A stretch of 64,000 nt of DNA from an uncultured Eubacteriales bacterium. Its GTDB lineage: Bacteria; Bacillota; Clostridia; Peptostreptococcales; Anaerovoracaceae. Position numbers and translations under genes: made by a program. The notes beneath the pieces were generated by a model. The model worked only from the letters and a program-made list of their open reading frames with translations, was not told the origin of the DNA and made no database searches. Positions 1 through 8,272 of this stretch are shown piece after piece; within the stretch, counting starts at the first letter, position 1; every line of letters begins with the position of its first letter. The stretch is taken from contig ONAY01000002.1 in NCBI GenBank assembly GCA_900315895.1, positions 7,165 through 71,164 of the forward strand, written 5' to 3'.

Positions 1-25
1 ATAAAGTTGATAAATCCATTCTCAT
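1..25 (-). CDS. Possible 5' end of a gene running off the left edge; product unknown
   Basis: ATG at 25 (second in-frame ATG at 19) preceded by GAAAGGAGAAA on the minus strand. Frame stays open (MRMDLSTL..) to the edge; only 8 codons visible. Confidence 0.25.
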
Positions 26-53
26 TTTCTCCTTTCTCAACTATTATTCAGAA

Positions 54-722
54 CTATACTGTTATGTAGTCCTTAATGGACTGAAATGTGGCCTCCCCTA
101 TTCCTGATACATTCATTATCTCCTCTATGGAATTAAACCTTCCCACGGTCTCCCTGTAGTCGATTATCCTCGAAGCCTTGGAAGGACCGATTCCCGGAAT
201 CGTCTGAAGCTGTGAAGAGTCAGCAGTATTGATGTTGACCTTCCCGTCGTCCTGTGAAATGCCCCCCTGCTGGACGGAAATGGAAGCGTCGCCTATTTTG
301 GGAACGACGATCTTCTGCCCGTCAAATACCTTCTCTGCCCTGTTCAGACCGGTATAGTCGGCGCTGTCCGTAAGGCCTCCAGCAAGTTCTATGACCTGGA
401 AGACCCTGGTCTCGGTGTCTACCTTATAAACACCGGGAAGCTTAACTTCTCCGCAGATATCCACATATGCGATCTCTGCTTTTTGATCTGATATGGTACC
501 ATCCGGGGACGATCCATCATCGGACACCTGTTCTGAAGTCTGTTCTGAATCCTGTTCCTGAGAGGGAGCATCTATCTCCACAGTCTCACCGCTTCCTCTG
601 GTCCAGAAGAACAGCACCGACAAAAATATGACCGCGATCACGGCGATCATTCTCAGTGTCTTCTCATGATCCGCTATGAATAAACGTATCTTATCGATGT
701 CAAGATCCCCCAATGGTCCCAT
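54..722 (-). CDS. comEA: ComEA-type DNA-binding competence protein (TM anchor, SLBB-like core, 2x helix-hairpin-helix)
   Basis: TM helix MIAVIAVIFLSVLFFW, core VDICGEVKLPGVYKV, and C-terminal HhH motifs LQTIPGIGPSKASRI and IMNVSGIGEATFQSI. The ORF-track start at 773 is TTG. The ATG at 722 has GGGGG 7 nt upstream and clears the upstream stop at 757. Confidence 0.85.
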   Translation of the reverse strand: MGPLGDLDIDKIRLFIADHEKTLRMIAVIAVIFLSVLFFWTRGSGETVEIDAPSQEQDSEQTSEQVSDDGSSPDGTISDQKAEIAYVDICGEVKLPGVYKVDTETRVFQVIELAGGLTDSADYTGLNRAEKVFDGQKIVVPKIGDASISVQQGGISQDDGKVNINTADSSQLQTIPGIGPSKASRIIDYRETVGRFNSIEEIMNVSGIGEATFQSIKDYITV

Positions 723-756
723 CAAAATACCCCCTGATAACTGTATTTTAGGAATA

Positions 757-1452
757 TCAGAGGGTATTGTCAATATGCTGAAATTGTATACGATCTGTGA
801 AGATCAGCCTGGTTCTCTTAACATCGACTTCCCATCTCGGTATGTCCAGAGAAGTGTATTTCATGAAGCTTTGAATCAGTGGTTCGGGGCTAAGATTTGA
901 TGCGCTGCCCTGGTCAAGGACACATCGGATCACTGCCTGATCGGGCTTGGAGATTGATATCTCGCGGATCTTTCCCTTGATATTGGTCTCCTCCAGCCTT
1001 TTGGTCTTCTTCATGCGTTTAAGGGCTATGATCTCAGGCTGCGAGATATAGTCTGCCATCATTTCAACCAGCTTATCTTCGCTCACATCAGTGGCAAATC
1101 TTATTTCGAATTCTGCGGCGATGGTCTCAGAGCCCAGAGATCTTTTGCCAAGCTCCATGGGTTCGATGAAGAGGATCTGTATCCCTTCGGGAAGAAGCGG
1201 ACTGAGAAGCTGGAAAAGTTCATCTTCAGAATGTTCAGTCTCCGTTTCGAACTCCAGATATTCAGCTACAGAAGAATAGCCAAGTGACAGAGGCTGTGCA
1301 AAAGACATCCTGGGGTGAGGATTGAAGCCGTTCGAGTAGCGTATGTCCAGCCCTGCGATCTTGAAACTCCTTGTGAATACTCTTATGAGATCCAGGTGAG
1401 ATATGTATTTGGAGTAACCTGTCTTAGTGAATTTGAGAACATATTCAGCCAT
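757..1452 (-). CDS. DUF2344 / TIGR03936-type radical-SAM-associated protein
   Basis: ISHLDLIRVF...GFNPHPRMSFAQPLSLGYSS matches the family signature as I recall it. Its ATG overlaps the stop of the upstream radical SAM gene by 8 nt. Confidence 0.8.
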   Translation of the reverse strand: MAEYVLKFTKTGYSKYISHLDLIRVFTRSFKIAGLDIRYSNGFNPHPRMSFAQPLSLGYSSVAEYLEFETETEHSEDELFQLLSPLLPEGIQILFIEPMELGKRSLGSETIAAEFEIRFATDVSEDKLVEMMADYISQPEIIALKRMKKTKRLEETNIKGKIREISISKPDQAVIRCVLDQGSASNLSPEPLIQSFMKYTSLDIPRWEVDVKRTRLIFTDRIQFQHIDNTL

Positions 1453-3301
1453 TTAAGATGCCCTCCATTTCACAATTTACTATCTTGTTGATCCCGCAGC
1501 CCCTGCAGTTGATCCGGCAATCGCCTGTGGTCTCGGCACGGTAGGCCTTCTCGGCTTCACGGCGGAGGAATTCCTTGGTCACGCCGCAGTCGATAATATC
1601 CCAGGGAAGGACTTCGTCGAAGCTTCTTTTTCTTGTGGTATAGAAATCCTTGTCTATTCCGGAGACTCTGAAGGCTTCTTCCCAGATATTCGGCCTGTAA
1701 TGTTCAGTCCAGCCGTCCAGCTTAGCTCCCAGCTTCCATGCGCTGTAGAGCAGCTTGGATGTTTTGCGGTCTCCCCTGGCAAAAACAGCCTCGAAAGCAG
1801 ATGTCTCATCGTCATGATAATTGAAGGTGACGCCTTTTATCTTAAGCTTGTCGGAGAGATAATTGTGCTTTTCCCTGAAGGACTCGGGACTGTCCTGGGC
1901 CTCCCACTGGAAGGGAGTGAACGCCTTGGGAACGAAGTTGGAAACGGACACAGTCAGCCTGAAACGGCCTATCTTGCCGTCGTTCAGTTCGTAATTGATG
2001 TGTTTGATGTTCCTTACTATATCTGCGATGCCGTCCAGATCTTCGTAGGTCTCACCCGGAAGTCCGTCCATGAAGTAGAGCTTGATGTGATTCCATCCAA
2101 GGGTGAGAGCTTCCCTCACCGATTCATAGATGTCGTTTTCCGTCACGCCTTTATTTATAATGTCTCTGAGCCTCTGGGTTCCCGCCTCAGGGGCGTAAGT
2201 CAAGCTGCTCTTCCTGTATTCCTGGATACGGTCCAGGACATCAAAGGCGAATTTATCCATTCTGAGGGACGGAAGAGACAGTGATACGTTCATGGGTTTG
2301 GTCATGTCAAGAAGCCCTAAAGCCAGCTCTTCGAACCTGGAATGATCTGAAGAGGAAAGGCTTAAGAGGGACAACTCCTCATGCCCTGTATTTCTCAGCT
2401 GTTTATATGCTATCTCGTTGATCTTCTGGACGGAACGTTCTCTCACCGGACGATATATCATTCCGGCCTGGCAGAATCTGCAGCCTCTGGTGCAGCCTCT
2501 GAAGGTCTCCACCACCGCCCTGTCGTGAACAGCCTCCACCATTGGAATGATGGGATCCACGGGAAATACTGCATCTTCTATGGACGGAAGGATATTTCGC
2601 CTGATGGTCATTGGAGCTTCTTCAACCAGCGGAACATACCTTAAGATGGTACCGTCTTCATTGTATTCCACATCATAGAATGCGGGAACGTAAACACCGG
2701 GGATCCTGCAAGCCAGACGCAAAAAATCCCCTTTTGACATTCCATTCTTCTTTGCTCTTCCAAGCTCCTCGAGGAAATCAGGAAGGGCTTCCTCGCCGTC
2801 ACCTATGATGAAGCAGTCTACGAATTCCCAAAGCGGCTCCGGGTTAGTAGCACAGGGGCCTCCTGCGATGACCAAGGGCATGTCGTCCCCTCTTTCTCTT
2901 GAGAATACAGGAATTCCTGAAAGATCCATCATGTTTAGCATGGTGGTAAATGACATCTCGTACTGAAGGGTGAAACCGATGCAGTCCAGATCCTTAAGGG
3001 GAGTCTTTGTCTCCAGCGTATAGAGGGGAACATTATCCTGCCTCATGAGCTGTTCCATGTCCTCCTGGGGGTGGAAGGCTCTCTGGCAGTAGAGACCTTT
3101 TCGGTCATTCACCGCTTTGTAGAGTATCTGAAGACCGAGATAGGACATTCCTATCTCGTAGATGTCAGGAAAACAGAAGCAGAAGTTAACATCCGTATCC
3201 TCAGGGGATTTTTTGACGGAATTAACTTCGCCTCCTATATATCTTCCGGGCTTCTCTACCCTTTTCAGCAATTTGTCTAGCTTATCAGTGAGATCACTCA
3301 T
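1445..3301 (-). CDS. TIGR03960-type B12-binding-domain radical SAM protein (function unknown)
   Basis: 618 aa with the CxxxCxxC motif in FRGCTRGCRFCQAGMIY. Translationally coupled to the DUF2344 partner and to obg (8-nt overlaps). Confidence 0.85.
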   Translation of the reverse strand: MSDLTDKLDKLLKRVEKPGRYIGGEVNSVKKSPEDTDVNFCFCFPDIYEIGMSYLGLQILYKAVNDRKGLYCQRAFHPQEDMEQLMRQDNVPLYTLETKTPLKDLDCIGFTLQYEMSFTTMLNMMDLSGIPVFSRERGDDMPLVIAGGPCATNPEPLWEFVDCFIIGDGEEALPDFLEELGRAKKNGMSKGDFLRLACRIPGVYVPAFYDVEYNEDGTILRYVPLVEEAPMTIRRNILPSIEDAVFPVDPIIPMVEAVHDRAVVETFRGCTRGCRFCQAGMIYRPVRERSVQKINEIAYKQLRNTGHEELSLLSLSSSDHSRFEELALGLLDMTKPMNVSLSLPSLRMDKFAFDVLDRIQEYRKSSLTYAPEAGTQRLRDIINKGVTENDIYESVREALTLGWNHIKLYFMDGLPGETYEDLDGIADIVRNIKHINYELNDGKIGRFRLTVSVSNFVPKAFTPFQWEAQDSPESFREKHNYLSDKLKIKGVTFNYHDDETSAFEAVFARGDRKTSKLLYSAWKLGAKLDGWTEHYRPNIWEEAFRVSGIDKDFYTTRKRSFDEVLPWDIIDCGVTKEFLRREAEKAYRAETTGDCRINCRGCGINKIVNCEMEGILNG

Positions 3302-4598
3302 CCCAGAATTCCATTTCGTAACCGTTGATGCTGATTATATCGCCTTCTTTAAGGCCAAGTTCCTTCAATTCTTCGATGGCGCCGTTCTTTTCGATGTACT
3401 TATAAAGGTATCTTAAAGAACCCATATCGAAGAAGTTGGTGGAGTTGAAGATCTTTGTTAGCTGACGGCCTTCAAGAGTATATACTCCAGCCTCTTCGTC
3501 GTAGCCACAGTTTATCTTGTTCCAGTCCGGATCGTTCTGGTCGGCTTCGAAATCGAAGTAATCTGCAGGATCCGGTTCCTGGACAGGTTCTTTCTCCACT
3601 TCCCTTAGCTTGATCAAAGCTGCGGAAAGCAGTTCCTTTACGCCTTCTCCCAGAGGAGCAGCTATGGGGTAGCAGTCAAATCCCTTAGCGTTTACATAGT
3701 CGCGGAATTCGATGTACTTGGGATCTTCTGTCATGAGCTCAAGCTCGTCGATCTTGTTTGCTGCTACTATCTGGGGCTTGTTTGCCACCTTGTCGCTGTA
3801 GGCCGCAAGCTCTCGGTTGATCTTATCGAAGTCTTCCTTGGGATCTCTTCCCTCGGAACCTGAAACGTCCACCACGTGGATCAGGACCTTTGTGCGCTCG
3901 ATGTGCTTCAGGAATTTGAAGCCCATGCCTGCGCCCTCAGAAGCGCCTTCGATGATCCCGGCGATGTCAGCCATTACGAAGCTTTCTCCGTAAAGGGATA
4001 CTACCCCAAGATTGGGATCTATGGTTGTGAAATGGTAGTTTGCTATCTTGGGTTCTGCCTTGGTAGCCTCTTTAAGAAGAGAAGACTTTCCAACGTTAGG
4101 GAAGCCAACAAGTCCCACGTCAGCCAGAAGCTTCAGTTCAAGGATAACTGCTCTCTCTCTTGCTTCTCCGCCGGCTTCGGCAAAGTTGGGAGCTTGACGG
4201 ATGGAACTCTTGAAATGTACGTTTCCTCTTCCGCCTTTACCGCCTCTTACTGCAACAAAAGATTCCCCGTCTTCCACCAGATCCTTCATGATCTTACCGG
4301 TCTCTTCATCGATGACCATGGTGCCGCAGGGTACTTTTATGACCAGATCCTTGCCATCCTTTCCGAACTTGTTGCGGCTCATGCCGTTCTGTCCGGACTC
4401 GGCTTCGTATTTTTTCCTGTACTTGAAGTCCAGAAGAGTCCTGAGGTTTCTGTCAGCAAGGAAGACTATGCTTCCGCCTTTGCCTCCGTCTCCTCCATCG
4501 GGGCCTCCGTTGGGAACGTAGGGGTCGCGCCTGAAGGTGACCGCTCCGTTTCCGCCCTTGCCTGACTTCACGTATATTCTCGCTCTGTCTACAAACAT
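3294..4598 (-). CDS. obg: GTPase Obg/CgtA
   Basis: MFVDRARIYVKSGKGGNGAVTFRR Obg fold, G1 GFPNVGKSSLL, G3 DIAGIIEGA, G4 AANKID, C-terminal Obg_CT. Start set to the ATG at 4598 (universal MFVD N-terminus) rather than 4628. Confidence 0.97.
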   Translation of the reverse strand: MFVDRARIYVKSGKGGNGAVTFRRDPYVPNGGPDGGDGGKGGSIVFLADRNLRTLLDFKYRKKYEAESGQNGMSRNKFGKDGKDLVIKVPCGTMVIDEETGKIMKDLVEDGESFVAVRGGKGGRGNVHFKSSIRQAPNFAEAGGEARERAVILELKLLADVGLVGFPNVGKSSLLKEATKAEPKIANYHFTTIDPNLGVVSLYGESFVMADIAGIIEGASEGAGMGFKFLKHIERTKVLIHVVDVSGSEGRDPKEDFDKINRELAAYSDKVANKPQIVAANKIDELELMTEDPKYIEFRDYVNAKGFDCYPIAAPLGEGVKELLSAALIKLREVEKEPVQEPDPADYFDFEADQNDPDWNKINCGYDEEAGVYTLEGRQLTKIFNSTNFFDMGSLRYLYKYIEKNGAIEELKELGLKEGDIISINGYEMEFWDE

Positions 4599-4612
4599 TG
4601 CCTTTACCTTGT

Positions 4613-4646
4613 AAAAAATAGGCCCCATACTTTAGCGTACAGGGCC
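4613..4646 (-). terminator. Intrinsic terminator/attenuator between rpmA and obg
   Basis: Minus-strand RNA GGCCCUGUAC-GCUAAA-GUAUGGGGCC (10 bp including two G.U pairs that only form on this strand), followed by UAUUUUUU. Confidence 0.55.
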
Positions 4647-4657
4647 ATAAACTCTAC

Positions 4658-4918
4658 TTAAGCTTCCTTGGAATAAACGCTGACCTGTTTTCTGGTCTTG
4701 TCTTTTCTTTCGAACTTGACATTTCCATCGATCATAGCGAAGAGTGTGTCGTCTCCGCCGATACCAACGTTATTACCGGGATGAAACTTCGTTCCTCTCT
4801 GTCTTACGATAATGCTGCCGGCAGTTACATACTGACCGTCGCCTGCCTTAAGTCCAAGACGTTTAGATTCTGAGTCACGACCGTTCTTAGAGCTTCCTAC
4901 ACCTTTTTTACTTGCCAT
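4658..4918 (-). CDS. rpmA: 50S ribosomal protein L27
   Basis: [22 protein letters not shown]...; AAGGAGG 9 nt upstream of the ATG. An in-frame TGA 7 codons upstream excludes any N-terminal extension. Confidence 0.97.
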   Translation of the reverse strand: MASKKGVGSSKNGRDSESKRLGLKAGDGQYVTAGSIIVRQRGTKFHPGNNVGIGGDDTLFAMIDGNVKFERKDKTRKQVSVYSKEA

Positions 4919-4943
4919 TAGTGTGTGCCTCCTTTGTCAGTAA

Positions 4944-5429
4944 TTACTTTCCGGCGTTCTCGATTGCTTCGATGATAGCAGCCTTTGTAGCCTTCTCATC
5001 AACATCTATGCCGTTTTCCTTAGCGATAGCCAATAATTCGTCCTTCTTCATGGACATTGAGACCTTAACTTCCTCGGCCTTAACTTCTTCAGCCTTGGGA
5101 GCTTCCTTTACGGGAGCCTTAGCTGTTCCTACGGAAAGGATCTCAACAGTTGTATAGGGCTGTCTGTGTCCCTGCTTCTTCCTGTAGTCCTTCTTAGCCT
5201 TATACTTGAAGATGACTACCTTCTTGCCCTTACCGGATTCTACGACTTTGCCTTCTACGACGTCGCCTGTGTAAGGTGTTCCGACTTTGGCGCCTTCGCC
5301 TTCACCGAGAACAAGAACGTGATCGAAGTTAACAACTTCACCTGCTTCAGCCTTAAGCTTCTCTACGCAGATAACATCGCCTTCCTGGACTCTGTACTGC
5401 TTTCCGCCTGTTTCAATAATTGCGTACAT
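4944..5429 (-). CDS. rplU: 50S ribosomal protein L21 with about 55-aa C-terminal extension
   Basis: [18 protein letters not shown]... L21 core (about 103 aa), then a [19 protein letters not shown] linker and [30 protein letters not shown]. Start set to the ATG at 5429 with GAGGAGG upstream; the ORF-track start at 5510 is an over-extension. Confidence 0.95.
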   Translation of the reverse strand: MYAIIETGGKQYRVQEGDVICVEKLKAEAGEVVNFDHVLVLGEGEGAKVGTPYTGDVVEGKVVESGKGKKVVIFKYKAKKDYRKKQGHRQPYTTVEILSVGTAKAPVKEAPKAEEVKAEEVKVSMSMKKDELLAIAKENGIDVDEKATKAAIIEAIENAGK

Positions 5430-5517
5430 TTCTTTCCTCCTCTTACCTGTCTCGCCATTAACGGTGGCAAAGTCTTTTGCACTTAAAAACAACCGTGTCT
5501 GAGCGGCCAACTGTTAA

Positions 5518-5546
5518 AATATAGCAGATGAAAACAGGTATGTCAA
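5518..5546 (-). promoter_or_regulatory. Sigma-A-type promoter of the rplU-rpmA(-obg) operon; about 80-nt leader follows
   Basis: Minus strand TTGACA-17 nt-TATATT. The leader 5430-5511 could be an L21-type ribosomal leader, but I cannot verify its fold. Confidence 0.55.
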
Positions 5547-5557
5547 GGATTTATTTA

Positions 5558-5586
5558 GAAAAAAACGGCCTTTTCACAGGCCGTTT
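5558..5586 (-). terminator. Intrinsic terminator after recA
   Basis: ACGGCCUGUGAAAAGGCCGU hairpin followed by UUUUUUU on the minus strand. Confidence 0.75.
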
Positions 5587-5622
5587 TCGTAGCGTCATAT
5601 CCTTTAAAATAAGGGGCTGAGA

Positions 5623-6723
5623 TCATTTCTCCATGATCACGCCATCTTCATCTACGAAGATGTCAAGGATCTCATCTATCTCGTCCTGGGATATATCGTC
5701 TTTCTTGTCGTCAGCTTTCTGGTCATTTCCCTTAAGCTGATCCATAAGTCTGATCTGGATCTCGTCCATGACCTCGGGATGGGACTCAAGATAATCCTTA
5801 ACGTTCTCTCTTCCCTGTCCGATGCGCTCACCCTTGTAACTGTACCAGGAACCGGCCTTCTCTATGATTCCTGACTGTGTAGCGCAGTCCAAAAGATCTC
5901 CGGCCTTGGATATTCCCTTACCGTACATGATGTCAAACTCAGCCTGCTTAAAGGGTGGAGCCACCTTGTTCTTGACCACTTTGACTTTAGCGCGGTTTCC
6001 TATGATGGAATCTCCCTGCTTGATGGACTCGGTCCTTCTGACATCCAGTCTCATGGAAGCGTAGAACTTAAGAGCTCGTCCGCCGGTGGTCACCTCGGGG
6101 TTGCCGAACATGATACCAACCTTCTCTCTCAGCTGGTTGATGAAGATAACGCAGGTGTTGGTCTTATTGACGGCACCGGTGATCTTTCTAAGTGCCTGAG
6201 ACATGAGGCGGGCGTGAAGTCCCACGTGGGAATCGCCCATGTCACCTTCAAGTTCTGCTCTGGGAACCAGTGCAGCTACTGAGTCAATGACGATAACATC
6301 CAATGCTCCTGACCTTGCCAGCATATCGCAGATCTCAAGAGCCTGTTCACCGGTATCCGGCTGAGAGACCAGAAGTTCATCCACGTCAACGCCGAGATTG
6401 GCGGCATATACGGGATCCAATGCGTGCTCCGCATCGATGAAAGCGGCCTTGCCGCCCTTCTTCTGTGATTCGGCAACAATATGGAGAGCCAGTGTGGTCT
6501 TACCTGAAGATTCAGGTCCGAATATCTCAACGATCCGTCCCTTGGGAACACCACCGATGCCTGTAGCCATGTCGAGGCTGATGGAACCTGTGGAGATCGC
6601 TTCAATATTGAGATGGGACTCATCCCCCATCTTCATGATGGCACCCTTGCCGAACTGCTTCTGGATCTGCTGAAGAGCAGCTTCCAGAGCCTTATCTTTA
6701 TCATTTTTTACTTGATTAGCCAT
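5623..6723 (-). CDS. recA: Recombinase RecA
   Basis: [19 protein letters not shown], Walker [22 protein letters not shown]; acidic C-terminal tail. Confidence 0.99.
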   Translation of the reverse strand: MANQVKNDKDKALEAALQQIQKQFGKGAIMKMGDESHLNIEAISTGSISLDMATGIGGVPKGRIVEIFGPESSGKTTLALHIVAESQKKGGKAAFIDAEHALDPVYAANLGVDVDELLVSQPDTGEQALEICDMLARSGALDVIVIDSVAALVPRAELEGDMGDSHVGLHARLMSQALRKITGAVNKTNTCVIFINQLREKVGIMFGNPEVTTGGRALKFYASMRLDVRRTESIKQGDSIIGNRAKVKVVKNKVAPPFKQAEFDIMYGKGISKAGDLLDCATQSGIIEKAGSWYSYKGERIGQGRENVKDYLESHPEVMDEIQIRLMDQLKGNDQKADDKKDDISQDEIDEILDIFVDEDGVIMEK

Positions 6724-6739
6724 GTCATTCTCCTTGTAA

Positions 6740-6753
6740 AGAACATTTGTTCT
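6740..6753 (-). promoter_or_regulatory. LexA/DinR SOS (Cheo) box
   Basis: AGAACAAATGTTCT = GAAC-N4-GTTC, between the -10 element and the recA RBS. Confidence 0.8.
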
Positions 6754-6759
6754 TTTTAA

Positions 6760-6788
6760 AATATACTATAGAAATCGATTCCGGTCAA
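6760..6788 (-). promoter_or_regulatory. recA promoter
   Basis: Minus strand TTGACC-17 nt-TATATT, about 35 nt upstream of the recA ATG. Confidence 0.6.
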
Positions 6789-6804
6789 GGATTATTTTGA
6801 ATAT

Positions 6805-7404
6805 TTAAAGAACTTCAATAATGGCGTCATACAGTTCGTCGTATGTCTCAAGCGCCTTTAGTTCGGGATGTTCTTTTTTAAGGGTCTCGGTGGTCCTGAA
6901 AAGGAATCCGGCCTTGGAAGCCAGGATCATTCCCATGTCGTTATAGCTGTCTCCCACCGCAATGGTGTCGAAGCCTATGGACTGGAGTCCCTTTACTGTG
7001 CTCAGCTTGGACTGGCTGCACCTCATCTTAAAGCCTGTGACCATGCCGTCCTCCCCTATCACCAGTTCGTTGCAGAAGAGAGTCGGCATGTTGAGTTTTT
7101 TCATCAGGGGATGAGCGAACTGAGTAAATGTATCGCTCAGGATGACCGCCTGGGTCACGTCTCTTAACTTGTTCATGAACTCAAGAGCCCCCGGGAAGGG
7201 ATCGATCTTGGATATGGTCTCCTGGATCTCCTTAAGACCCAGTCCGTGCTCTTTCAGGATAGCTATCCTGTAGTTCATCAGCTTGTCGTAGTCAGGCTCA
7301 TCTCTGGTGGTTCTCCTGAGTTCGGGGATGCCGGTCTCTTCGGCGAATCTGATCCATATTTCCGGAACGAGGACGCCTTCCATGTCAAGGCATACGATAT
7401 TCAT
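6805..7404 (-). CDS. thrH: HAD-family phosphoserine phosphatase/homoserine phosphotransferase (ThrH-like)
   Basis: MNIVCLDMEGVLVPEIWIRFAEETGIPELRRTTRDEPDYDKLM closely parallels Pseudomonas ThrH as I recall it (ACLDLEGVLVPEIWIAFAEKTGI...). GDSYND motif present. Confidence 0.8.
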   Translation of the reverse strand: MNIVCLDMEGVLVPEIWIRFAEETGIPELRRTTRDEPDYDKLMNYRIAILKEHGLGLKEIQETISKIDPFPGALEFMNKLRDVTQAVILSDTFTQFAHPLMKKLNMPTLFCNELVIGEDGMVTGFKMRCSQSKLSTVKGLQSIGFDTIAVGDSYNDMGMILASKAGFLFRTTETLKKEHPELKALETYDELYDAIIEVL

Positions 7405-7408
7405 GTTC

Positions 7409-8272
7409 TTACTTCTCCTTCAGCAACAGATTTCTTATGGCGTAAGCCACTCCTTCGTCGTCGCAGGAGAGCGTGACGAAGTCAGCGGACTGTTTAACTA
7501 TGGGAAGAGCGTTATCCACGGCCACACCGAAGCCGGATTCCTCCAGCATTGCGCAGTCGTTGGGACTGTCTCCGAAGCTCATGGTCTCTTCCAGGGATAC
7601 ACCGGTAAGGTCCGACAGGATCTTAAGTCCCATCGCTTTAGATGTGGAACTGCCCCCGATCTCTATGTTATAGGAGGTCGAAGAAGTGACTGTGCATCTC
7701 TTCTGGAGACGCTCAAGTTCCTCCCAGACATGCTGTTTGACGATAGGGTCTTTGATAATTATATTGATGTTCTCAATGGTGTCAATATGCTGTTCCCAAA
7801 ACTCCCAAATATCGACAACGGGCTTTCTGGTAGTAAGAACATATTCGGATCCCTCGGGAGTATTTGCCTTATCTATGAAGTATTGATACCTCTCTTGGGA
7901 GATATATGCCCCGCCTTCAGAGAATACTTCAATGGGATAACCCAGTTCGAATAGATGATCTCTAAGCCACCGGGAGATCTCAGGATCGATATAATCAGAG
8001 TACAAAAAACTCCTGTCCCTGAGATCGACGATCTGAGCCCCGTTTGAGCAGATGGCATAGCGGAGACCATTTATCGTCCAAATGTCCTTAGGAAGCGCAA
8101 CCAGAGGCCTTCCCGTGGCTATTACCACCTGGATACCCCTTGAGATGGCCTCCTCCAAGGTCTCTTTGGTGTTCGGAGCAAGGCCATGACTGGTTAGAAG
8201 CGTCCTGTCCAGATCAAGGGCAATGAGTTTTATGTTTTTAAGTATTTCAATTTTGTTTTCAGGAATGATCAT
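7409..8272 (-). CDS. Cof-type HAD-IIB sugar-phosphate phosphatase
   Basis: LIALDLDRTLL motif I, ATGRP motif II, FGDSPNDCAML motif III/IV. Confidence 0.85.
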   Translation of the reverse strand: MIIPENKIEILKNIKLIALDLDRTLLTSHGLAPNTKETLEEAISRGIQVVIATGRPLVALPKDIWTINGLRYAICSNGAQIVDLRDRSFLYSDYIDPEISRWLRDHLFELGYPIEVFSEGGAYISQERYQYFIDKANTPEGSEYVLTTRKPVVDIWEFWEQHIDTIENINIIIKDPIVKQHVWEELERLQKRCTVTSSTSYNIEIGGSSTSKAMGLKILSDLTGVSLEETMSFGDSPNDCAMLEESGFGVAVDNALPIVKQSADFVTLSCDDEGVAYAIRNLLLKEK

